Positions 37,187-46,537 of a stretch of 64,000 nucleotides of DNA are shown one piece after another. Numbering within the stretch: position 1 is the first letter of the stretch; every line of letters begins with the position of its first letter. Origin of the DNA: Kiritimatiellia bacterium (GTDB lineage Bacteria; Verrucomicrobiota; Kiritimatiellia; JAKQHR01). Below the pieces are notes generated by a model. That model was not told where the DNA came from and did not search any database. It saw only the letters and a program-made list of their open reading frames with translations. The position numbers and the translations under genes are program-made. The stretch covers positions 8,649 to 72,648 of the forward strand of contig JBFXGK010000014.1 of assembly GCA_050178035.1 (NCBI GenBank). Reading direction: 5' to 3'.

Positions 37187-38458
37187 TCACGGCGCCCATA
37201 CGATCCAGATGAAGACACTGCCGGCCAGCACGGCCGCTATTGTGAACGGAATTCCGATCCCCATGAATTGCGAAAACGACACGTGATGACTTCTCTTGCG
37301 CAGGATGCCGAGCGTGACCACATTCGCTGACGCCCCGATGGGCGTCAGATTGCCGCCCAGGCATGCGCCAATCAGCAGTCCAAATATCAGCGGGGGCACA
37401 GGTGCGTGCATTTGATCCGCCACTTTCTGCACGACAGGTATCATGGCCAGAAGGAAGGGAACGTTGTCAACAAATCCAGAGATCACAACGGCCAATGCGA
37501 CAATCGAAATGAACGCAAGCAGGACACTGGACCCAACCCCGGAAGAAATAGCCGTGGACAGCTTGTCCAGCCAGCCCGATTCGCTCAATGCGCCCACGAG
37601 TATGAAAACCCCGATGAGAAAGAACGTGGTATCCCAGTCCAGCGTGCGGATAAGTTCGCGGACGGTGCCCCACCGCGCGCGCGCGTACCATGCCGTTCCG
37701 GCCAAAGCGATGACCAGTGTGTACGTCCCGGCAAACCAGGAGAATTCGGGATCGAACACTGTGGCAACCGAAAGCCCGGCGATCAAAGCCGCCAGCAGAA
37801 TCGTCGGAATCCATGAACGGGCCTTTTCGACCGGAATCAACTCAATCGCTTCCTTGTGCTCCCGAAAGATATATCCCAGAACGGCCAGCGAAGCCACCGC
37901 GCCAACCTGAACCGCAAAGAATATCCCGGGACGTCCATGATACACCATGAAATCGAAGAAGCCCATTTGCATATAACCCGCCAGAATCATGCTGGGCGGA
38001 TCGCCGATCATCGTTGCCGTGCCCTGCAGGTTGCTGCTGATCGCAATGCCAATCAGAAGTTTCACGGGATTCATCCTGAGCTTGTCGGCAAGGCTCAGCG
38101 CCACGGGGGCCACCAGCAGCACCACGGCCACATTCTCCACGAACATTGAAATGGCGCCGGACAGAGCGCAGAGGAAAAGCATGGCGGACCGCGCGGTTCC
38201 GGCGCGGTCAACCAGCCGTTCCGCCATAACGGCCGGCACGCGCGACAGCATGAACAGTTCCGCAAGAATCAGGGTTCCGAAGAAGAGCCCCATGACATTC
38301 CAGTTGACCCTCACCAGCAGGGCTTCGCGCCAGCCCAGAACACCCAGCAGGATCAGGGCGAGGCTTCCGCCGCACGCCACCCACGATCGGCGGTCTGAGA
38401 AAACCACAAACAAGGCATAGCACAGAATAAAAACAGCCAGACTGATCCATTCGGTCAT
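37187..38458 (-). CDS. ArsB/NhaD-superfamily anion permease.
   Basis: Internal two-fold repeat of about 12 TM helices. Motifs GTATMIGDPPSMI and GASANVV. Confidence 0.65.
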   Translation of the reverse strand: MTEWISLAVFILCYALFVVFSDRRSWVACGGSLALILLGVLGWREALLVRVNWNVMGLFFGTLILAELFMLSRVPAVMAERLVDRAGTARSAMLFLCALSGAISMFVENVAVVLLVAPVALSLADKLRMNPVKLLIGIAISSNLQGTATMIGDPPSMILAGYMQMGFFDFMVYHGRPGIFFAVQVGAVASLAVLGYIFREHKEAIELIPVEKARSWIPTILLAALIAGLSVATVFDPEFSWFAGTYTLVIALAGTAWYARARWGTVRELIRTLDWDTTFFLIGVFILVGALSESGWLDKLSTAISSGVGSSVLLAFISIVALAVVISGFVDNVPFLLAMIPVVQKVADQMHAPVPPLIFGLLIGACLGGNLTPIGASANVVTLGILRKRSHHVSFSQFMGIGIPFTIAAVLAGSVFIWIVWAP

Positions 38459-38493
38459 TTTTGTTCAACTTTTCGCAAGGTTACAGACAAGAC

Positions 38494-39495
38494 TTAATCA
38501 TTGAAGATCGCATTCACGGCTTCATCCGCGGCGCGTGCGCCGATCGCGCCGGTAAATCCGCCAACCGTCGCCGTTACGGTTGCGCCCACCACGGCCTTGA
38601 TCTTTGCGCCCCACCCGTTCTTGCGCTGCTCCAGCGCCTCGGCCTCGGTGGCCGCCAGTTTCTCGGCCTGGCGCCGCATGTTGTCGGCTTCCGCCTGCGC
38701 GGCCGCAAGTTTTTTCGCCGCGTATTCCTGCTCTTCAGCCTCGCGCTCGGCCGCCACCTGAGCCATCCCGGCCTGCGACTGCTCCAGCACCTTCTGGCGA
38801 CGCTCCTCGCGCGACTGCGCAAACGCGCCCAGCGGACCGCCGCGGCCTTCCTCCCCGCTCCAGCCCTCCATGGACGCCGGAGCGGCCTCCGCGGCCTTCA
38901 GGGGATTGACGGGCTTGGACGAAACTGGGGGCTCGCCCGTTTCCGCGGTACGGGCTGAACGATCCATCCATATCTTCAAAGGCATCATGGCCTTCCCCTT
39001 CGCGCGCATATCCGCCCACGTCTGGATTTCCGCCAGCAGATCGGCGCCGGACTTCAAATCGGCCGCCAGGACAACTTCTGCAACATGCATCCGCAGGGTC
39101 TCATAACTATCGGGCATTTTCGGGAACCAGCCCAGTGAGGAAACAAGCGTTTTCAGAAGAGCCGGATCTCCGGCTTTTTCGGCTTCCGTGATATCTGTTA
39201 TGAAAGCTTCGAACTTCGCCCGCGACGATTCGCCCATGGCGTTTTCGAGTTTTGTCTTAATGGCCTCACGCTTACCCGAAACCCAGCCGCTCACCGCTTC
39301 GGCCGCTTCGGCCCTGGTCTCTCCGGCATACTGCCCGCACAGGGCGGCCCCTTGAGACTGCACCTGCTGGATAACCAGAAACAGGGTGTAGGACTCCATC
39401 AGCGGCTTTGCGTCGGCCGGCTGCCAGAGCGCTGCCGTCGATGACGCCGCCAGCGCCATGGATGCAAAACAAATCACAAGGAGGAAAGTTTTCAT
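38494..39495 (-). CDS. Secreted Ala/Glu-rich coiled-coil protein with a C-terminal Gly-zipper.
   Basis: Signal peptide. Long heptad-like AEAEAL... region. C-terminus GATVTATVGGFTGAIGARAA. Confidence 0.4.
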   Translation of the reverse strand: MKTFLLVICFASMALAASSTAALWQPADAKPLMESYTLFLVIQQVQSQGAALCGQYAGETRAEAAEAVSGWVSGKREAIKTKLENAMGESSRAKFEAFITDITEAEKAGDPALLKTLVSSLGWFPKMPDSYETLRMHVAEVVLAADLKSGADLLAEIQTWADMRAKGKAMMPLKIWMDRSARTAETGEPPVSSKPVNPLKAAEAAPASMEGWSGEEGRGGPLGAFAQSREERRQKVLEQSQAGMAQVAAEREAEEQEYAAKKLAAAQAEADNMRRQAEKLAATEAEALEQRKNGWGAKIKAVVGATVTATVGGFTGAIGARAADEAVNAIFND

Positions 39496-39507
39496 GCGTT
39501 CCTCATC

Positions 39508-40407
39508 CTATTCTGAAACGGCCTTCAGTCCTATGTTCCCGGCCGCGATTTCCAGCACCTGGAACTTTATGTCGGCCGGCGGATCAAGCACAATGGCTTC
39601 TGACAGCTCCTCAATCGGCACGATGGCATCCATTTCGAAAATGGCCACGCCTGCAGTATAACTCCGCTGCACGACATTGATGCCCGCGCCTTCCAGAGAG
39701 ACCAGTTTCTCGCGGATCGCCTTCAGTTTCCACATCTGATCCACGCCGCCAACTGTGATCGTCACGTGATTCACGCGCGCGGCGCCGCTTCGCCCGGCCT
39801 TTGCCCAAGAGTCCAGCATCGCGGGGATCAGCGAATCCAGACTTTTGGCGCCCGCCGCCTTGATGGCCTTGGAACTGCCCGCCACATCGTCCAGCCCGAT
39901 CACGCTGGCGTCTTCGGAACTGGACGCAACGGTCGCGGAATTGTCCGTGCGCACCGCGCGCAGCGTGGCCACGGCCTGATAGGTGCGCAGGTTGGAATCC
40001 GCAATTCGCCGCGCGGAAGGCTTGGCCACAACTTCGCCCACGATGATCATGTCCGCACCGAACTGCAGGCCCAGCGTGGCCGCGCCTCTGTTGTCGCCGG
40101 CCATTTTCAAAAGCTGCTGGCCCTTGCTGATATTGGCCCGCACCATGTCCTGATCCACAATCAAGGCATTGGCATCCAGCAGCCTCTGAATGGTCATCGC
40201 CTCCAGTTCCGCTGTCGGAATCGTGCCCAGGCTCTTTTCATCTACGAGGATCATGACCCGCGGCTGCTCTGACATCTTGCGGGAGGCCGCAACGGCTTTT
40301 CGGGTTCCCTCCGCTTCACGTTCCTCCCATGTCCGCGCGCGCGGAGCCTGGGTCTGGCATCCGCACAGATATCCGCAGGCCATCAGCAAAGCCAGGATTC
40401 TTTTCAT
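39508..40407 (-). CDS. Lipoprotein with a CsgG/LpoB/TolB-N-like fold domain.
   Basis: Lipobox LLMACGYLCGC. VMILVDEKSLGTIP...LLDANALIVDQ...GADMIIVGEV matches the CsgG/TolB-N pattern. Confidence 0.45.
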   Translation of the reverse strand: MKRILALLMACGYLCGCQTQAPRARTWEEREAEGTRKAVAASRKMSEQPRVMILVDEKSLGTIPTAELEAMTIQRLLDANALIVDQDMVRANISKGQQLLKMAGDNRGAATLGLQFGADMIIVGEVVAKPSARRIADSNLRTYQAVATLRAVRTDNSATVASSSEDASVIGLDDVAGSSKAIKAAGAKSLDSLIPAMLDSWAKAGRSGAARVNHVTITVGGVDQMWKLKAIREKLVSLEGAGINVVQRSYTAGVAIFEMDAIVPIEELSEAIVLDPPADIKFQVLEIAAGNIGLKAVSE

Positions 40408-40408
40408 G

Positions 40409-40987
40409 TCAGCGCTGCTCCTTCCATTCCGCATAAAGGGCGGCCACCATGCTGTGCACCACCGCCCGCGAATACTGCGCAAGGGCCACATCGCGATCCC
40501 TCGACCGGTCGGCATAGTCCACACTCCACACGACCTTGCCGGAGGTGCAGTCAATCATACGGGTCGAGATCCCGACCACTGCATAGGATTTTCCACGCTC
40601 GGCAATGGTTCCGTATTCGTCCACCGTCCCGATGATCACCCCGTCCGCGCCCATCATGTTGCCGATTTCAACGGCTTTTGCCTGAGACAATCCAGCCAGC
40701 GCCAGTTCGGACTCGTTCAGCACCTGGGCCATCTGGCCGCGTTCCACAAGGTCATAGCGCCCGGCCTTGAGGAACTCCGTCACGAACATGTCGGAGACCG
40801 AGCTGCCGATGAGCTCCGTGGGGGCCTTGAAAGGCATGATGGCCACCTTCTGGATGTTCCGGTGCGGGCCCTGCACATACACATTGGCCGGGCTCTCGGT
40901 TTCCAGAAAATACTTGTCCTGGGTGCTGGCGCAGCCCGTCAGCAGGCCAGCCGCAGTCAGTGCAAGCAATAAGCCTTTCAGATTCAT
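40409..40987 (-). CDS. Small lipoprotein, CsgG/LpoB-fold.
   Basis: Lipobox LLTGC. KVAIMPFK...VTEFLKAGRYDLVERGQMAQVLNESELALAG...GADGVIIGTV is the classic CsgG-family motif, but the protein is only 192 aa. Confidence 0.5.
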   Translation of the reverse strand: MNLKGLLLALTAAGLLTGCASTQDKYFLETESPANVYVQGPHRNIQKVAIMPFKAPTELIGSSVSDMFVTEFLKAGRYDLVERGQMAQVLNESELALAGLSQAKAVEIGNMMGADGVIIGTVDEYGTIAERGKSYAVVGISTRMIDCTSGKVVWSVDYADRSRDRDVALAQYSRAVVHSMVAALYAEWKEQR

Positions 40988-41601
40988 GGATGATCCCCCT
41001 GCCGGCTGATCCTTTCCGTCACGGCCTTGTTGATTCTCGTGAACACGTCCGCATAAACTTCAGGCAGGAGCAGCTCCACCGACTCCTCGCGGGCCGGCGC
41101 GTTGATCATGACCTCGCGGCGGTGAATGCGGTCGGCATAGGACATGGCCGGAAGCGAACCCCTGCGCGAAAAGACAATACGCTGCTGCGTCATGCCGCCG
41201 GGCCACGGCTCGGTGTGAATCACCATTTCCTCCCAGCGTGTCCACTGATCTTTTTCAGTCGTGCGCTTGCTGATGGCCTCCCTGCGGAAATCAAAGTCCG
41301 TGACCTTTTCCTCCTGCGGGCCCAGAGGCTCAAGCCGCTTCTCGGTGGTGGCCCGGATCAGACCGCTGGCGCGGTCTACAGAATCCAGTTTCCACCCTAT
41401 GTCCTGCAGCACGGCAATGGTTCCCGCGAAAACGGTGTCTGGCGCGGCGCGATAAATCCGGGACTGCATGCCGGCGCGCTGCTCGGGAGTTATTTCCGGC
41501 TGGCCCGAAATATCCCTCATCGGCATCCGGCTGAGGCATCCGGACAGCAGCATGCACGACATCAAACTGACAAATGCACATATTCTTCTCACGGCACTCA
41601 C
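40984..41601 (-). CDS. Lipoprotein, hypothetical.
   Basis: Lipobox LLSGC. Overlaps its neighbour by 4 bp (operon). Confidence 0.4.
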   Translation of the reverse strand: MSAVRRICAFVSLMSCMLLSGCLSRMPMRDISGQPEITPEQRAGMQSRIYRAAPDTVFAGTIAVLQDIGWKLDSVDRASGLIRATTEKRLEPLGPQEEKVTDFDFRREAISKRTTEKDQWTRWEEMVIHTEPWPGGMTQQRIVFSRRGSLPAMSYADRIHRREVMINAPAREESVELLLPEVYADVFTRINKAVTERISRQGDHP

Positions 41602-41658
41602 CTCCTGTTTTCGGCGGAATCTGCCATAATGCAGACTGAATCATCAATTCTTTTTGAC

Positions 41659-42054
41659 TTAATGGCGTTCCGCGCGCCTAACCCTGCGCTCCAGGTCGTC
41701 GATGTCCCGTTCGATCCTTTTCAGCCGCCGTTCCAGGTCCGCGAGCTGATCTTCGATTGATTCCGCCGGGCTGCGGCTTCCGACCACGCGTGTGCCGAGC
41801 TTCTTCTCAAACTCTGCGACGGTTTTCTCGAGGCGGTCAATCCTCATCTCCGTTTCAGCGGCCGGAGCCGTCACAGCTTCTGCAGCATTGGTTTCACCCC
41901 ACACCACAACCGCCGCAGGGGGCGCAACCTGCGCCACAGCCGATGCACAAACGGTCAGCAGCATTCCCAGAATCCATATTCTCATAACACGCTCCTTCCT
42001 GTTTGGCCGGAATCCTATCACGGCGATATTTTCCTGTCCATATACAGCATGCAA
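41659..42054 (-). CDS. Small secreted coiled-coil protein, first gene of the lipoprotein operon.
   Basis: Signal peptide plus a RIDRLEKTV...LERRLKRIERDIDDLERRVRRAE heptad region. Confidence 0.35.
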   Translation of the reverse strand: MHAVYGQENIAVIGFRPNRKERVMRIWILGMLLTVCASAVAQVAPPAAVVVWGETNAAEAVTAPAAETEMRIDRLEKTVAEFEKKLGTRVVGSRSPAESIEDQLADLERRLKRIERDIDDLERRVRRAERH

Positions 42055-42074
42055 ATGTAGAGTCGGATCTGTTT

Positions 42075-42686
42075 ATGCAGGCAAAGGACAGCGTCATCAC
42101 CGTTCTGGACTTCGAGACCACCGGCTCCATGCCGGGCTGGCCCGACCAGCCCTGGCAGATCGGCATGGTCACGCTCAACCGCGGACAGCTTGACCTGCAG
42201 GATTCACTGGATTCCCTGCTTCACGTTCAAGACCGCCCCTTTAATCCCGCCGCGCCCGGAAATCACCGGCTTCTAAAATGGGAGCTGGCCTCCGCCCCAT
42301 CGCTTGCGGACTTGTGGCCGCAGATCGAGCCGCGCATCGCGGGACGCCCGCTCGCAGCGCATAACATCGGCACCGAGAGGAAATTCCTTCGCAAGCTTGC
42401 GCCTTTGCACAAACCGGGGCCCTGGATTGACACCTTGAAGCTCGCTCGTCTGGTCTGGCCGGAACTGCCCTCACACAATCTGGGTTTTCTGCTGGAGCAT
42501 CTGCACCTGAAAGCAAAAGCCGATGACCTCTGCCCGGGCCGCACGGAACACGATGCCTTCTATGACGCAGTCGGATGCGCCCTGCTCCTGCAGCATCTGC
42601 TCGATCAGCCCGGCTGGGACAAGCTGGAAATCCACCAGCTTGCGAAGGCCGCCCCGCGGGCCTATCACAGGCTCCGCAGAAAATGA
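42075..42686 (+). CDS. DEDDh 3'-5' exonuclease (DnaQ/epsilon-like).
   Basis: Exo I motif VLDFETTG, Exo II AHNIGTERKFL, Exo III HDAFYDAVGCA. Confidence 0.75.
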   Translation: MQAKDSVITVLDFETTGSMPGWPDQPWQIGMVTLNRGQLDLQDSLDSLLHVQDRPFNPAAPGNHRLLKWELASAPSLADLWPQIEPRIAGRPLAAHNIGTERKFLRKLAPLHKPGPWIDTLKLARLVWPELPSHNLGFLLEHLHLKAKADDLCPGRTEHDAFYDAVGCALLLQHLLDQPGWDKLEIHQLAKAAPRAYHRLRRK

Positions 42687-43381
42687 AAAATGACGGGCAA
42701 CAGGAACTTTTCCCCGCGCAGGCGCACAGCCGCGAATCGCTCGCGCAATTCCTGAACAACGGGGCAAGCATGCCGGTCGAGGTTGCCATCACCTCCAACC
42801 GGCACAACATGCTCAGCATCCGCTTTCATCCGGGCCGCATCAGCGTGCGGATGCATGAAGCATTCCTGAACGCGCCGCAGGATATCCTGCAGTCACTGAA
42901 GGACTGGCTGAAAACCCGGCGGCGCGAACGGTGGTCTCCAGTTGCAGAATTTGCCAAAGGCATCCAGATACGGGAAGCGCTGCCTGCACACGTCCGCACC
43001 GCAGGCGAAGTGTATAACCTGAAGGAACTGTTTCGCGAAGTCAGCCTGGAATTTTTCGGCGGGAAACCTAAATGCCAAATCAGCTGGGGACGCGCAGGCC
43101 GGTGCAGGCGGCGCGCAAAAATCCGGACCGTGCGCTGGGGAACCTATGACACGCGAAGCAAACTCATCCGCGTTAATCCGCGGCTCGATTCAAAAACGGT
43201 TCCACGCAGCTTCGTGAAATACATCATCTATCACGAACTGCTGCACGAATGCATTCCCGCCGAGCGCCGCAATGGACGCAACGCGCATCACCATGCAACC
43301 TTCAAAATAATGGACCGGAAATTTCCCGACTGGCCGCAAATGCAGGAAATCTCCGCTCAACTGCTGAAGAACCTGAAATAG
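42683..43381 (+). CDS. DUF45/YgjP-like metal-dependent hydrolase (HExxH...H).
   Basis: YIIYHELLHECIP...RNAHHHATF. ATGA overlap with the upstream exonuclease gene. Confidence 0.55.
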   Translation: MKNDGQQELFPAQAHSRESLAQFLNNGASMPVEVAITSNRHNMLSIRFHPGRISVRMHEAFLNAPQDILQSLKDWLKTRRRERWSPVAEFAKGIQIREALPAHVRTAGEVYNLKELFREVSLEFFGGKPKCQISWGRAGRCRRRAKIRTVRWGTYDTRSKLIRVNPRLDSKTVPRSFVKYIIYHELLHECIPAERRNGRNAHHHATFKIMDRKFPDWPQMQEISAQLLKNLK

Positions 43382-43394
43382 CATAAAAATAGCG

Positions 43395-43500
43395 AAAATA
43401 TGCGAAAAGCGACCGTTTTTCGCGATTTTTTGCTGTTTTTGGCCTTTTTTGGCGTTTTTGAGCCAAAAATGAGCAATTTTGGCCGTTTTTGGCCGTTTTT
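43395..43500 (+). repeat. Phased T-tract repeat block (family copy 4).
   Basis: CGTTTTTCGCGATTTTTTGCTGTTTTTGGCCTTTTTTGGCGTTTTTGAGCC...GGCCGTTTTTGGCCGTTTTTT. Confidence 0.75.
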
Positions 43501-43503
43501 TAA

Positions 43504-46164
43504 CTATTTTGAGGCGTCTGTGTTAAAGCCGGAATTTTCAGCCTGGATCTGTCCCTGAGACAGTTCGCTCTTCAACTGCTCAACCGGACGCTGCTTCAAA
43601 TCCTCGATGGCCGCAGGGTCATTGCGCTGGGCCATGATCATCCAGCTCACTTTTGCGCCCGCAACGCCTCCGCCGACCACAAAGCGGTTCCCGCTGATTT
43701 CTTCCTTCACATACAGATTCATCTGCGCGCCCACGGGCGTCAGGAGATATTGCGGATTGATGTTCAGACGGTCGAAGTAAGCCGGAAGCTGCACAACGGC
43801 TTCACCATTTGCATCCAGCACTTCGGTTCCGTTGTAGATATTCTGGACCACCGGCCCCTCTGCGCAAAAATGCCGCAGCACTTTGTTTTCCGGGTCCAGC
43901 GGGTGATCAATGACAAAAGCTTTTGTGCTCCAGGCTCCAGTGCCGAATGTCTGGCGGTATTTGATGTTGGCATCCGCTGTACCGGTGCCGTCAATATAGA
44001 GCGTTCCGCGCACCGCCGTGCTGTTGTTATATAAATTAGTGATATTGTGCCCGATGGCAATGCGTTCGCTTCCATATGCTGTGCTGGCCCCGGCACCAAT
44101 GGCAATATTCGTGGAACTGGCCTGGGCTCCATATCCAATGGCCACGCCGGGACCAATGCCGGAATTTGCCGATCGGCCAACGGCAACGCCGCCGTTATAA
44201 CGCGCATTGGCACTGGGTCCCACTGCAACTCCACCACCATAATCGGCCATGGAACTGCTGCCGATGGCAACACCAGCATTGGAATGGACATTGGCCAAAT
44301 AGCCGATAGCTATGCCTGAGGCATGTGCATTGGCACCCCGTCCCACGGACACAGCATAACCATCCGCATTCGCGCCTGAGCCCAACGCCGTGGCGTTAGT
44401 AAGCGCAACAGCCTGATAGCCGACGGCCGTATCATACTGCTTCATAGCGCGGGCTTCAGATCCAATGGCCACAGACATGTTGGTTGCCTTGGCCAGATGA
44501 CCAATACCCACGGAGTAACTGAAACCTGTGGCGCCTGTGCCCATGGCGACGCCCCACCAGGCTCCATTGGCCGAGCTGCCCAGCGCAACCCCGCTCCATC
44601 CGTTCGCATCGTATCCGATCTCAATCGCACCACCCGGAGAGTTGGTGATGACAAGTTCGCCGCCGGCGCCGATATTGAATCCCAGAGCACCGGTCATCTG
44701 ATCGCCCGACACCTGAACATACTGCGATGGATCGCCAATGAGATTGCTCCAGCTTCCAGATCCAAAAGATGAGCGATAATAAATTCCCGTTCCGCCATCC
44801 AGATAAAGCGAACCGCGAATGGCGGCCGTATTGTTGATTGCGTTGGTGACATTGTGGCCAATGGCAATGCGTTCGCTTCCCGCACTGGCCCTTGCAGCCG
44901 CACCGATGGCAATGTTGGTTCTCGCACTGCTGAGGCTGAGGCTGTTGGCGGCGGCATCATTGATCGTCAGTGTGCCCGTCATGGTGTCGCCGGTTTTCTG
45001 CACAAAGCCTGTAGTTGAGCCGCCGCTGGCCAGCGCAGTCCACACCCCGCTTCCGAAGTTAGTGCGGAAATACACATTTGACCCGCCATCCAGAAACAGG
45101 GTGCCCCGCATGGCCACGGCGTTGTCCTGGGGAGTGGAAACCGCATGCCCGATGGCAATGCGCTCTGAACCCACGCCGGATGCCGCCATCCATCCGATGG
45201 CAATGTTGGTTGATGCTCCGCATGCGGAATTGCCGATGGCAATGCCGGTATTGTCGGCATCGGCAAATGCGCCGACCGCCACTCCGGCAAGAGATCCGTT
45301 AGCACTCCGGCCCACCGCCACTCCGGCGTTGTATCCATCGGCGGCTCTGCCGATGGCCGTGCCGTTGTTGCCCCCGTTGGCGTTTGCGCCCACCGCGGCG
45401 CCGGACCAGTAGCCGAAGGCGCCGTAGCCAAGGGCCGCGCCCATCTGGCTGCCATCCGCATAGGCGCCCACGGCGGCGCCCGTAATGCTTCCGTCACTGT
45501 TGTAGCCAACGCCCGCGCCGTAATCGGAACCGGCTGCCTGCGAACCAACGGCCACGCCCCGTGAGGACCCGTACGAGTTGTTGCCGACGCCCACGCCATA
45601 AGCCGATCCATTCGCCGTATTGCCGACCGTTGCCCCGTAATTGAAAGCATTGGCGTCAAATCCAACGGCTGCACCGTAGGAATTTCCGTTGGCGACATTG
45701 CCAACCATGACATCCTGCCCTGAGCTGGAGATAATCAAGTCGCTGCCGGCCCCGGCGTTCATGTGAAGCGGCCCGGTCATCGTGTCCCCGCTTTTCCGGA
45801 CGGCCGTGATGGCATAAGCCACCTGATTGATTTGCTCACGCGGAGACAGAGTGACACCGTTGACCGCCACCTCGATATAAACAATGGGATTCGTCAGTGC
45901 CGAATAAAGAGTGGGTGTCAGGGCGTTGATCCCAATCGTGGTTGAATAGAGTCCGTCCACGGCGGTTACCTTCTGGGTCTCGGCATATAGAAGCGTTCCG
46001 CCCGCGGAAGCATTATAAAGCCGAAAAACGTTGGTTACTGTACCGTTTACGAGATTCGTGCCAACAATCAGCCGACCCTGGTAATTGAACTTCGTATCGG
46101 TTTCCCCCGCATAAACAGCAGAAACCGCGAATGCGAGAAGAACTGCAAACATCAACCTCTTCAT
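43504..46164 (-). CDS. Giant secreted Gly/Ala-rich repeat protein (YadA-head-like NIAIG/ERIAIGH repeats). Adhesin or tail-fibre-like.
   Basis: Signal peptide MKRLMFAVLLAFAVSAVYA. Dozens of xAxGxxAxG repeats. Recurring TNIAIG(A/W)xAxx(A/G)SERIAIGH(N/A)(V/I)(S/T). Confidence 0.6.
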   Translation of the reverse strand: MKRLMFAVLLAFAVSAVYAGETDTKFNYQGRLIVGTNLVNGTVTNVFRLYNASAGGTLLYAETQKVTAVDGLYSTTIGINALTPTLYSALTNPIVYIEVAVNGVTLSPREQINQVAYAITAVRKSGDTMTGPLHMNAGAGSDLIISSSGQDVMVGNVANGNSYGAAVGFDANAFNYGATVGNTANGSAYGVGVGNNSYGSSRGVAVGSQAAGSDYGAGVGYNSDGSITGAAVGAYADGSQMGAALGYGAFGYWSGAAVGANANGGNNGTAIGRAADGYNAGVAVGRSANGSLAGVAVGAFADADNTGIAIGNSACGASTNIAIGWMAASGVGSERIAIGHAVSTPQDNAVAMRGTLFLDGGSNVYFRTNFGSGVWTALASGGSTTGFVQKTGDTMTGTLTINDAAANSLSLSSARTNIAIGAAARASAGSERIAIGHNVTNAINNTAAIRGSLYLDGGTGIYYRSSFGSGSWSNLIGDPSQYVQVSGDQMTGALGFNIGAGGELVITNSPGGAIEIGYDANGWSGVALGSSANGAWWGVAMGTGATGFSYSVGIGHLAKATNMSVAIGSEARAMKQYDTAVGYQAVALTNATALGSGANADGYAVSVGRGANAHASGIAIGYLANVHSNAGVAIGSSSMADYGGGVAVGPSANARYNGGVAVGRSANSGIGPGVAIGYGAQASSTNIAIGAGASTAYGSERIAIGHNITNLYNNSTAVRGTLYIDGTGTADANIKYRQTFGTGAWSTKAFVIDHPLDPENKVLRHFCAEGPVVQNIYNGTEVLDANGEAVVQLPAYFDRLNINPQYLLTPVGAQMNLYVKEEISGNRFVVGGGVAGAKVSWMIMAQRNDPAAIEDLKQRPVEQLKSELSQGQIQAENSGFNTDASK

Positions 46165-46299
46165 GAGACCTCCTTAAACAAAAGCGGATCGGGACACTAT
46201 AATCTTAAGAGCCTTTATGTAAAGGCGGAAGGAGCGACAGGACCGGAATCGCCGTTCCATCTCTGCGTCAGGAAAGATGCACCAAAATCCGGAAACGCT

Positions 46300-46360
46300 G
46301 CAATTCTGGGCGTGCCTATTCATTTTTGAGCATATTTGAGCAATTTCCGGCCGGCTTATA
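46300..46360 (+). repeat. Short member of the T-tract repeat family (copy 5), next to the island boundary.
   Basis: CATTTTTGAGCATATTTGAGCAATTT shares the TTTTGAGCA word. Confidence 0.5.
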
Positions 46361-46390
46361 ACGCAACAAGCAGTTCTTCCAACTGTTTGT

Positions 46391-46450
46391 AAGGGGGAAA
46401 ACTGGTAGAGGCGCAGGGACTCGAACCCTGGACCCGCTGATTAAGAGTCA
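46391..46450. repeat. attL-type direct repeat: duplicated 3' 48 nt of tRNA-Lys plus about 10 nt downstream.
   Basis: 46403-46450 is identical to 55571-55618. The flanking GGGGAAAACTGG matches GGGGAAAAACTGG. Confidence 0.85.
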
Positions 46451-46537
46451 ATAGCATACGTGCATTTAATGGGCTTTTTTTGATTGACTGTCTCAAAACT
46501 TGCTGTAATGTCCGGGGATATGTAGTCATATAAGGCA

